DNA from: Myxococcales bacterium
GTDB taxonomy: Bacteria; Myxococcota; Myxococcia; Myxococcales; Anaeromyxobacteraceae
DNA: 16,707 bases
Reading direction: 5' to 3'
Assembly: GCA_038320275.1 (NCBI GenBank)
Contig: JBBQEB010000079.1
Coordinates: forward strand, 1-16,707
The position numbers were made by a program, and so were the translations under genes. The notes beneath the pieces were generated by a model. That model was not told the DNA's origin. It searched no databases and saw only the letters and a list, made by a program, of their open reading frames with translations. Within the stretch, counting starts at the first letter, position 1. Every line of letters starts with the position of its first letter. This document shows positions 9,330-16,707 of the stretch, in pieces.

Positions 9330-11075
9330 GTGAGCCAGGGCGAGGAGCGCTCCGGGCCGAGCCCGGGGCCCCACCTCAACGGCGCGGGCGCCGCCGGGAA
9401 GATCGACGCCGCTGCCGCTTTCGCGGCCGGCCTGCGTCAGCAGGGGCAGCTCCAGGCCGACGCGCCGATCCGGCTGTGGTACCTCGCCGCCGCGGCGCAG
9501 GCCACCGGGGAGCTCGCGCTGGGAACGCCTGGCGCGCGACTGCGAGTCCACTTCCGGCGGGGCGTGGTCGAGCACGCGGTCTCCGACGCGCCCGAGGACG
9601 ACCTTGGGCGCCTGCTGGTGGCGCGCCGGGCGGTGACGCCGGTGGCGCTGGCCGCGGCGGAGCTGTCACGGGCCGCAGGCGGGGGCGACCTCGTGGCCGC
9701 CCTGGTGCGGTCCGGTGCGCTCGATGCCGGCGCGAGCTTCCGGCTCCTGCAGGAGCATGGGCTCGCCGTCCTCGCCCGCGCGGTGGCAGCGGGGAGCGGG
9801 ACCTGGGAGTGGCTTCCGGGCGCTGCGACTTCGCCCTCCGCCTTCCAGCTCGGCGGCCGGTGGGGCCTCCTCTGCGAGGCGGTGCGTCGCTTGGAGGGCG
9901 CCGCGGTCCGAGCGCTGCTGGGCGACAGGCTGCACCGGAAGGCCCAGCGCTGCGGGGGGAGGGTCGCGCTCCTGGAGCTGAAGCTGACCGCCCTGGAGGC
10001 TCGCGCGGCGGCGCTCTTTGCGTCCCGTGCCAGCCCGGCCCGACTCGCCGCCAGCAGCCCCGACTTCGACACTGTCCTGCGTGTGGCGCTCTTGCTCGGC
10101 GAGACGGAGCTGCTCGCCTTCGGGGAGGTGGACGGAGGGGAGATCGCTCCGGCCGCGACCGCGACCGCGAGCCGGACCCCGACTTCGACCACGAACCCGA
10201 CCGCGACCCGGACCGCGAACCCGACTGCGACCGCGACCGCGAACCCGACCTCGACCTCGACCGCGAACCCGACCCGAACCCCGACCGCGACCGCGAACCC
10301 GACTGCGACCTCGACCCCGACCGCAAACCCGACCGCGCCCCGAACCCCGACCTCGGCCCATAGCCCCCCTCCCGCTCGGCCGCCCCCGCGCCCCGCGGCT
10401 CCTCCCCCCAGCGACGCACGCGCGCTGCAAGCGTTTCACCAGAAGATCTCCGGAGCCGATCACTTCATCGCCCTCGGCGTGGCGCGCGACGCCACCCCCG
10501 CGCAGGTCAAGGCCGCCTACTTCCAGCTCGCGCGCACCTACCACCCCGACGCTGCGCCCATGACCGAGCCCGAGGAGCTGCGGCGGCTGCGGGGCCGGGT
10601 GTTCGGGCGCATCAGCGAGGCGTGGGCCGTCCTCGGAGACGCGGCGAAGCGCGCCCAGCACCTGGCGGAGCTCACGGGCAAGGCCGGTGCCGTGGACGTG
10701 TCGGCCATCTTCAAGGCGGAGGAGGTCTTCCGCGTCGCCGTGGCGCACGTGAGGGCGCGGCAGTACGACAAGGCCCTCCAAGCGCTGGCGGAAGCGACCT
10801 CGCTGAACGCCGACGAGGCGGAATTCTCGATCTGGAAGGCCTGGGTCGGGTTCTTGATGGGCGCAGACAAGAAGTCCGCCCACGCGGCGAGCGCAGCCGT
10901 CATCGATGCTGCGCTGGCGAAGAACCCGCGCTGCCCCGCCGGGTACCTGTTCCTCGGCAGGATGGCGAAGTTCCTGGGAGAGCTCGACCGCGCCGAGCGG
11001 AGTCTGAAGGCGGGGCTCGCGATCGCCCCGCGCGACGAGGAGCTCGTCCGCGAGCTCCGCTACCTGAGGAAGTGA
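9330..11075 (+). CDS. J-domain (DnaJ) protein: DUF4388-like N-terminal region, Thr/Pro/Ala repeat linker, J domain, TPR-like C-terminus
   Basis: ATGELALG..RVHFRRGVVEHA.S..PEDDLG.LLV (DUF4388-like); DHFIALGV...VKAAYFQLARTYHPD (HPD at 10542-10550); TPR-like helices. The start (GTG 9330) is uncertain. Confidence 0.8.
   Translation: MSQGEERSGPSPGPHLNGAGAAGKIDAAAAFAAGLRQQGQLQADAPIRLWYLAAAAQATGELALGTPGARLRVHFRRGVVEHAVSDAPEDDLGRLLVARRAVTPVALAAAELSRAAGGGDLVAALVRSGALDAGASFRLLQEHGLAVLARAVAAGSGTWEWLPGAATSPSAFQLGGRWGLLCEAVRRLEGAAVRALLGDRLHRKAQRCGGRVALLELKLTALEARAAALFASRASPARLAASSPDFDTVLRVALLLGETELLAFGEVDGGEIAPAATATASRTPTSTTNPTATRTANPTATATANPTSTSTANPTRTPTATANPTATSTPTANPTAPRTPTSAHSPPPARPPPRPAAPPPSDARALQAFHQKISGADHFIALGVARDATPAQVKAAYFQLARTYHPDAAPMTEPEELRRLRGRVFGRISEAWAVLGDAAKRAQHLAELTGKAGAVDVSAIFKAEEVFRVAVAHVRARQYDKALQALAEATSLNADEAEFSIWKAWVGFLMGADKKSAHAASAAVIDAALAKNPRCPAGYLFLGRMAKFLGELDRAERSLKAGLAIAPRDEELVRELRYLRK
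10156..10353 (+). repeat. Intragenic (CGACCN)n array, 33 hexamer units, encoding the ATAT/ANPT/STPT linker
   Basis: 198 bp = 33 x 6, every unit 6 nt. CGAACC/CAAACC recurs at units 7, 11, 15, 19, 24 and 29. Confidence 0.95.
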
Positions 11076-11078
11076 CCC

Positions 11079-11606
11079 GTGCCCGATCCGACCCGCTCGA
11101 AGAAACAGTCGCTCATGCCGAGCTCGCCGCTGCGCCGCAAGCTGCGCGCGGCGGGCCACCACCTCGCTCCCGTGATCCTGGTGGGAAAGGGCGGGCTCAA
11201 CGATGCCGTGCTGCGCGAGCTCTCCAAGGCGCTCGACGCCCACGAGCTGGTCAAGGTGAAGGTGGGCACCGAGAGCCCCGAGGACCGCTTCGCGGTCGGC
11301 GATCGCATCGCCTCGGGAGCGCGCGCCCAGGTGGCGCAGATCCTGGGCCGGACCGTGCTCGCGTACCGGAAGCACCCGCGACAGCGCCGGTACGAGGAGG
11401 GTCCGCTCGCGCCGGAGGCCGAGGCGACCGAGCCAGACCGGAAGCTGCGCGGAAGGCGCGCCGCCGGCCGCCGGAGCGCGGTGCCCTCGAAGCGTCCCGT
11501 GAAGGGAGCTCCCAGGAGGACTGCCGGTAAAGCCGGCACGGGGAGCGCCAAGTCGCCTGGAAAGCGGCCGGCCCGAGCGGCGGGGCGGCGGGGGCGTGAG
11601 GGCTGA
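11079..11606 (+). CDS. yhbY: YhbY/CRM-domain RNA-binding protein with basic C-terminal tail
   Basis: LRAAGHHLAPVILVGKGGL...LDAHELVKVKV...QILGRTVLAYR. Alternative start ATG 11115. Confidence 0.88.
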   Translation: MPDPTRSKKQSLMPSSPLRRKLRAAGHHLAPVILVGKGGLNDAVLRELSKALDAHELVKVKVGTESPEDRFAVGDRIASGARAQVAQILGRTVLAYRKHPRQRRYEEGPLAPEAEATEPDRKLRGRRAAGRRSAVPSKRPVKGAPRRTAGKAGTGSAKSPGKRPARAAGRRGREG

Positions 11607-12246
11607 CGGTCCCGTGCCCGCCTCCCGCCTGGCCGGGTCCGGCCGCGTCCAGATGACGCTCGCGGTGAAGCGGCTCATCCGCGACGTGGCCCTGCGGGTG
11701 CCCGAGCTCTCCCATGTCCGGGCGGCCTCGGTGCTGGTGGTGGCTGGCGAGGCGCGCGGCGTCTCCCGGGCCACCATCCGTCCCGGCAACGTGGGGCCCG
11801 CGCGCGGGGAGGGGCCACGCCGCTTCATCCGGGTGGGCGGGCGGCGCATGCTCTACGTCATGACGTTGCGCCCGCTGTGGTTCGCGGCCTCCGTCCCGGA
11901 GGAGCGGATCGGCACCGTCTTCCACGAGCTGTACCACGCGTCGGCGAGCTTCGACGGCAAGCTCCACCGCGGGCGGCGCCACGCGGTGCTCCCGCGGCCC
12001 GCCTTCGACCGCGAGGTCCATGAGCTTCTGGAGCGCTACCTCGCCTGCGCGCCGGCCGAAGTCGTGGAGCCCTTCGGGCGGGAGGGGATCGCCGAGGTGC
12101 TGCTGTGGCTGCGCCTCCCGCGGGCGAGCGAGGGCGACGCCTCCCTCGACGTCGACCAGCACCTGATCCGGGGCTGGATGCCCATGTCCCCCCCTGCGCG
12201 GCGGCGCTCCGGCTCCGGGAGCTCTGGAAGGCCGCCGCTGCCGTGA
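11596..12246 (+). CDS. Putative HExxH zinc metallopeptidase (small zincin-like)
   Basis: TVFHELYHAS motif (11923-11937). ORF fills the gap between yhbY and pfk. Start uncertain (GTG 11596 or ATG 11653). Confidence 0.65.
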   Translation: MRADGPVPASRLAGSGRVQMTLAVKRLIRDVALRVPELSHVRAASVLVVAGEARGVSRATIRPGNVGPARGEGPRRFIRVGGRRMLYVMTLRPLWFAASVPEERIGTVFHELYHASASFDGKLHRGRRHAVLPRPAFDREVHELLERYLACAPAEVVEPFGREGIAEVLLWLRLPRASEGDASLDVDQHLIRGWMPMSPPARRRSGSGSSGRPPLP

Positions 12247-12345
12247 TGGCGGTGCTCCGGCCCCTCCGGACGGATCAACGTTGCGCGGGGCCGCCGGGCC
12301 GCCCTATGCAGCGCGTGCCCATCCCTTTCCAGAGGTGCAAAGACG

Positions 12346-13371
12346 ATGAAGGTCGCGATCCTGACCGGTGGCGGTGATTGCCCGGGCCTCAACGCGGTGA
12401 TCCGCGCCGTGGTCCGTCGCGGCGAGCAGCACGGCTTCGAGTTCGTCGGCGTCCGGGAGGGCTGGCGAGGCCTGCTCGAGAACAACCACTTCCGCCTCGA
12501 CCGCAACGCGGTGAGCGGCATCCTGCCTCTCGGAGGCACCATCCTCGGCACCTCCCGCACCAACCCCTTCAAGAAGGAGGGCGGTCCGCAGATGGTCCTC
12601 GACGCCGTGGCCAAGGCCAACATCGGCGCGGTGGTGGCCATCGGAGGGGAGGACACCCTGGGCGTCGCGAAGAAGCTCTTCGACCTCGGCCTGAAGGTGG
12701 TGGGGGTCCCCAAGACGATCGACAACGACCTCTCCGGCACCGACTACACCTTCGGCTTCGACACGGCCGTCACCATCGCGACGGAGGCCATCGACCGCCT
12801 CCACACCACCGCCGAGGCGCACAACCGCGTCATCGTCTGCGAGGTCATGGGCCGTCACGCGGGGCACATCGCGCTGCACAGCGGACTCAGCGGGGGGGCC
12901 GACGTCATCCTCATTCCCGAGCGGCCCATTGTGCTCGAACAGGTGTGCCAGCACCTGCGGGCGCGCCTCGCCCACGGGCGGCGCTTTTCCATCGTGGTGG
13001 TGGCCGAGGGAGCGCAGGTGCAGCAGGGGAAGGACGAGGTCCAGACGCGGGACCTGGACGAGTTCGGCCACGTCCGGCTGGGTGGCATCGGTGCCTTCCT
13101 GGCGAAGGAGATCGAGCTCCGCACCGGCATCGAGACGCGTGCCACGGTGCTGGGGCACATCCAGCGAGGCGGGAGCCCCACCGCGCGGGACCGCATGCTC
13201 GCCACGCGCTACGGCGTGTATGCCGCCGACCTCGTGCGCGACGGCCGCTTCGGCCAGATGGCCGCGCTCCACGGAGACACCATCGTCTCGGTCTCGCTCG
13301 AGGAGGCCACGCGCGCGCTGCACCTCGTCGACCCGAAGCTGTACGAGCTGGCGGAGATCTTCTTCGGGTGA
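12346..13371 (+). CDS. 6-phosphofructokinase, mixed-substrate group III, with PPi-type signature
   Basis: TGGGDCPGLN, GGTILGTSR, IGGEDT, VPKTIDND, EVMGRHAG and LGHIQRGG motifs; AGAGG SD upstream. Confidence 0.95.
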   Translation: MKVAILTGGGDCPGLNAVIRAVVRRGEQHGFEFVGVREGWRGLLENNHFRLDRNAVSGILPLGGTILGTSRTNPFKKEGGPQMVLDAVAKANIGAVVAIGGEDTLGVAKKLFDLGLKVVGVPKTIDNDLSGTDYTFGFDTAVTIATEAIDRLHTTAEAHNRVIVCEVMGRHAGHIALHSGLSGGADVILIPERPIVLEQVCQHLRARLAHGRRFSIVVVAEGAQVQQGKDEVQTRDLDEFGHVRLGGIGAFLAKEIELRTGIETRATVLGHIQRGGSPTARDRMLATRYGVYAADLVRDGRFGQMAALHGDTIVSVSLEEATRALHLVDPKLYELAEIFFG

Positions 13372-14300
13372 AGCGAAGCGTTCGCCTCCCGCTCACCGCG
13401 GAGGGGCGGCTCGACCGCGCCCTGGCCGACGCCCTCGGGACCGGCCGGGCAGCGATCAAGGCCGCCTTCGCGGCGGGCGAGGTGCGGGTGGGCCCACGCC
13501 GCGCCCGCGCCGCGGACGCCGCCCAGCCCGGAGCGCTGGTGGAGCTGGAGCTCGAGACCTCGGCCGGTCCGCCGGAGCCCGCGCCCGAGCTCCCGCTGGT
13601 GGTGCTGGCCGAGGCGCCGGCCTGGCTCGTCTGCGACAAGCCGCCAGGGCTCGCCACCCATCCCCTGCGCGACGGGGAGCGCGGCACGCTCGCGAACGCG
13701 GTCGCCGCCCGCTACCCTGAGTGCGCCTCCGCCTCCCCGGATCCGCGCGAGGGCGGGGCCCTGCACCGGCTCGACGTGGAGACGAGCGGCTGCGTGCTCT
13801 TCGCGCGCGAGCCGGCGGCCTGGGCGGCGCTCCGCGCGCGCTTCGCCGCCCGCCAGATCGAGAAGGTCTACCTCGCGCTGGTGGTGGGCCGGGTCTCGGC
13901 GGGCGGAGTGCTGTCGGTGCCGCTCGCCCAGCGCGGAGCCAGGGTCGTGCCCGTGGACGATCCCGAGCGCCCGCCGCGGACCACCGGCAAGCCGCGCCCG
14001 GCGGAGACGCGCTACGAGGTGTCGCGACGGTTCGCCTCGCACACGCTCCTCGAGGTGCGGATCGCCACCGGTGTCATGCACCAGATCCGCGCCCACCTGG
14101 CCTTCCTCGGCCACCCGGTGGCCGGGGACGTGGTGTACGGAGGGCCTGGCGCCGAGCTCGAGGGGCTGGGCCGCCACGCACTCCACGCAGCGGCGCTCGG
14201 CTTCGACGCGCCGGAGGGGGGACGCGCTCGCGTGGAGAGCCCGCTTCCGCCGGAGCTGGTCCAGGCGATGGACCGGCTCCCGCCGCTCCAGCCCGGCTGA
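13368..14300 (+). CDS. RluA/RluD-family RNA pseudouridine synthase with N-terminal S4-like region
   Basis: GRLDRALA, DKPPGLATHP, HRLDVETSG (catalytic Asp), TGVMHQIRAHLAFLGHPVAGDVVYG and LHA motifs. GTGA overlap with the pfk stop. Confidence 0.93.
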   Translation: MKRSVRLPLTAEGRLDRALADALGTGRAAIKAAFAAGEVRVGPRRARAADAAQPGALVELELETSAGPPEPAPELPLVVLAEAPAWLVCDKPPGLATHPLRDGERGTLANAVAARYPECASASPDPREGGALHRLDVETSGCVLFAREPAAWAALRARFAARQIEKVYLALVVGRVSAGGVLSVPLAQRGARVVPVDDPERPPRTTGKPRPAETRYEVSRRFASHTLLEVRIATGVMHQIRAHLAFLGHPVAGDVVYGGPGAELEGLGRHALHAAALGFDAPEGGRARVESPLPPELVQAMDRLPPLQPG

Positions 14301-14334
14301 CCTACGCTCCGCCGAGAGGTGCGGGCCGCGGCCC

Positions 14335-14829
14335 CTACTGCGGTGCGGGGGCGGGTGCGCCGGCGGCGGCTGGCGAGGCGGGTGCGCCGGGCGGCGGTCC
14401 TTCGTTGGCGGCCGAAGGAGGGTCCGTCATCATCCCGATGGTGTTGACGCCTGCCTGGTGCGCGAGATCCAGCACCTTCACGGCCACGTCGTACTTCACC
14501 GCGTCCTCGGCGTTGAAGAAGAGCACCTTCGACATCCGGCCCGTGTAGGCGTCCTTCAGGTACGCCATTGCGTCGTCGATGGATCGATCCTGCCGGTTGA
14601 GCAGCACGCGGCCGTCGGCCTTCACCGTCATGACGGTCTGATCGGGCGGGACCTGATCGGGCGGGATGACCTGGGCCTGGGGCTCGTATTCCGGCACGCG
14701 CATGAACATCTGCTTCTCGGCGAGCGGCGTCATCACCATGAAGATGATGAGCAGCACGAGGACCACGTCGATGAGCGGCGTGACGTTGATGTCCGTGACG
14801 GGACGCTTGGTCCCCAGCCCCATCGCCAT
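14335..14829 (-). CDS. exbD: ExbD/TolR family biopolymer transport protein
   Basis: DINVTPLIDVVLVLLIIFMV transmembrane motif with the conserved Asp. Confidence 0.92.
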   Translation of the reverse strand: MAMGLGTKRPVTDINVTPLIDVVLVLLIIFMVMTPLAEKQMFMRVPEYEPQAQVIPPDQVPPDQTVMTVKADGRVLLNRQDRSIDDAMAYLKDAYTGRMSKVLFFNAEDAVKYDVAVKVLDLAHQAGVNTIGMMTDPPSAANEGPPPGAPASPAAAGAPAPAPQ

Positions 14830-14831
14830 GG

Positions 14832-15254
14832 CTATTGACCCTCCTCGAGCTTCTGCTGCGAGGCGGCCAGCGACACGCCGACCACGTGCGTCTTGGAGAT
14901 CTCGAGGATGGCCTCGCGCGCGACCTTGTAGTCGATCCCCTTGTCGCCCTTCACCACCACCGGCGCGCCCGGGCGCAGCTGCATCTCGGTGGTGAGCGCG
15001 TCGGAGAGCTGCTTGCGCGGGACCTCCACCTTGTCCACCCAGGTGCGGCCGTCGCTGGTGATGGAGACGAGGATGGGATCACCGCCGTGCTTGAGCTCGG
15101 AGACCATCTTCGCGCTCGGGAGCTGCACCGCCTTCCCGCGCTGCAGCATGGGCGTGATGACCATGAAGATGATGAGCAGCACCAGGCAGACATCCACCAA
15201 GGGAGTCACGTTGATGTCGCTCTTGACGCCTTTCCCACCGATCTCCATCGACAT
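14832..15254 (-). CDS. exbD: ExbD/TolR family biopolymer transport protein
   Basis: DINVTPLVDVCLVLLIIFMV and VVKGDKGIDY motifs. Confidence 0.92.
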   Translation of the reverse strand: MSMEIGGKGVKSDINVTPLVDVCLVLLIIFMVITPMLQRGKAVQLPSAKMVSELKHGGDPILVSITSDGRTWVDKVEVPRKQLSDALTTEMQLRPGAPVVVKGDKGIDYKVAREAILEISKTHVVGVSLAASQQKLEEGQ

Positions 15255-15274
15255 GGACGCCCCCCTCGCTCCCG

Positions 15275-16090
15275 CTACTTCGCCTTGAGGTTCGCTGCGG
15301 CGACTGCGGCGGTGCTGGCGGTGACGTTCACGGAGGTTTCCACCCGGCCTTCCTTCAGGAAGTAATCGACGAGCTCGTTGGCTGAGTCGTTGATGTCGAC
15401 CTGCATGTCCTCCACCCGGTTGGTCAGGTAGTTGAACATCATGACCGCCGGGATGGCCACCAGCAGCCCGAAGGCGGTGGTCACGAGCGCCTCGGAGATG
15501 CCGGCCGACACCGATCCCAGACCGCCCGAGCCAGTGGCGGCCATCGACTGGAAGGCGGTGATGATGCCGGCCACCGTGCCCAGCAGCCCGACGAAGGGCG
15601 CCGTCGAGCCGACGGTGGCGAGGGCGCCCAGACCGCGCCGGAGATCGGCCACGGTGCGCATCGACGAGCGATCGACCGCGCGGTTCACGGCGGCGATGAC
15701 GTCGAAGTCACCGACATCGTCCGGGCCGTGGGTACGCATGGCCCTCATGCCGCGATCGTATTCTTCGATCGCGAGCCCAAGGACCTTGGAGAGGTGCCCG
15801 CGCCCGAGCTTCTTGGAGAGCTGGACCGCATCGCCGTACTTACGGCCGGGCAGGAGCCCGCGGAGCTGCTCGGCGTACTGGCGCGACGCGGTCGACGCCC
15901 GCGAGTAGGTCACGAGTCGCTCGGCCATCACGCCGAGGGAGTAGATGCTCATGATGGCGAGCACCGCCGCGATGAACTTGGCGAAGGGGCCCATCGTGTG
16001 CCACATCGACAGGAGGTCGAAGGACATGGCGGGGGCGCCTTCGGCGGCCAGGACCAAATGGTTCACGGCGTCTACGATAGGAAGCGACAT
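15275..16090 (-). CDS. exbB: MotA/TolQ/ExbB proton channel protein
   Basis: LATVGSTAPFVGLLGTVAGII and GISEALVTTAFGLLVAIPA motifs. Confidence 0.93.
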   Translation of the reverse strand: MSLPIVDAVNHLVLAAEGAPAMSFDLLSMWHTMGPFAKFIAAVLAIMSIYSLGVMAERLVTYSRASTASRQYAEQLRGLLPGRKYGDAVQLSKKLGRGHLSKVLGLAIEEYDRGMRAMRTHGPDDVGDFDVIAAVNRAVDRSSMRTVADLRRGLGALATVGSTAPFVGLLGTVAGIITAFQSMAATGSGGLGSVSAGISEALVTTAFGLLVAIPAVMMFNYLTNRVEDMQVDINDSANELVDYFLKEGRVETSVNVTASTAAVAAANLKAK

Positions 16091-16144
16091 CGAACGTCTC
16101 CCTGTGAGTGCTGAGGCGAGAAAGTCTTCGGCGGTGGGCGCTCG

Positions 16145-16707
16145 CTAGCCGCTCTGGAAGCGGATGGGAAGGATGACCCAGTACTTGGCGGGTCGCCCCT
16201 GGGCGTTGGCCCCTGGAACCCAGGAGCACTGCTGGATGGCCTGCCAGATGGCGCCCGCGATGCGCTGATCTGCCACGGACCCCATGACCTGGAACAGGCT
16301 GGGGCGGCCGTCGGCGCCGATGGCGAACTTGACCGTGACCGGGGCCGAGACGAAGCCCTGCAGCCCTTGCGGGATCCGCACGGTGCTCTGGACGCAGTTG
16401 CGCTGCGCCTGCTGCGGCGCCTTGGCACCCGCGGTCACGTAGGCCGGAGCATCCTCGATGCTCGGGCCACCGGCAGGCGCCGTGCCGCCCACGACGCCGC
16501 CGATCACGCCTCCCTCGACGCCGTCGTCGCTGCCCTCGTCCGGCTCGTCGATGGGGGCGCTCTTGTCGACCTGCTTCAGCTCGAGGGGAACCTCCTTCGG
16601 CTGGATCATGGCCATCGCGCTGACGGGGCGGGGCTTGGGCGTGTCGGTCTTCGGCTTGGGCGCCGTCTTGCGGCGCGGCGCGGGAGGGGGCGGCGGAGGG
16701 GGGGGAG
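16145..16707 (-). CDS. tonB: TonB-family energy transducer (5' end beyond right edge)
   Basis: Frame stays open upstream of 16615 to the edge: poly-Pro-APRRKTAPKPKTDTPKPRPVSAMAM..., then GVEGGVIGGVVGG and a TonB_C-like end (VTVKFAIGADGR...WVPG..QGRPAKYWVILPIRF). Directly upstream of exbB-exbD-exbD. Confidence 0.85.
   Translation of the reverse strand, partial: PPPPPPPPAPRRKTAPKPKTDTPKPRPVSAMAMIQPKEVPLELKQVDKSAPIDEPDEGSDDGVEGGVIGGVVGGTAPAGGPSIEDAPAYVTAGAKAPQQAQRNCVQSTVRIPQGLQGFVSAPVTVKFAIGADGRPSLFQVMGSVADQRIAGAIWQAIQQCSWVPGANAQGRPAKYWVILPIRFQSG

Noticed and set aside
12378..13367. Apparent 640-aa RluA protein
   Set aside because: Off-frame read-through of pfk. The real start is GTG 13368 overlapping the pfk stop.
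16682..16707. G-rich run at right edge (G-quadruplex or phase-variable tract)
   Set aside because: Explained by poly-proline CCN codons of the TonB linker on the minus strand.

Overview
Very GC-rich bacterial chromosomal window. Gene content and (CGACCN)n tracts suggest Myxococcota, probably Anaeromyxobacter-like (inference). Most of it is housekeeping: an FKBP PPIase, a DUF2231 membrane protein, a FabX/nitronate-monooxygenase-like flavoprotein divergent from a PlsC acyltransferase, and a SerA-like dehydrogenase. A tightly packed + strand run follows: biotin carboxylase, biotin carrier, methylmalonyl-CoA mutase large subunit, J-domain/TPR protein, YhbY, HExxH peptidase, group III phosphofructokinase and RluA-family synthase. 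A convergent tonB-exbB-exbD-exbD operon closes the window. The unusual part is the left ~950 bp. It holds a minus-strand ORF missing from the supplied track (648 to off the left edge) that resembles the N-terminus of the multicopy myxobacterial HNH-endonuclease family. That ORF has a PafBC/RecA-NDp-like leaderless promoter (TGTCAG-N10-GATGCT-N7-ATG), contains a perfect 24-bp palindrome, and lies next to a 33-unit (CGACCN)n array. A second 33-unit array of the same family sits strictly in frame inside the J-domain gene 9.4 kb away.
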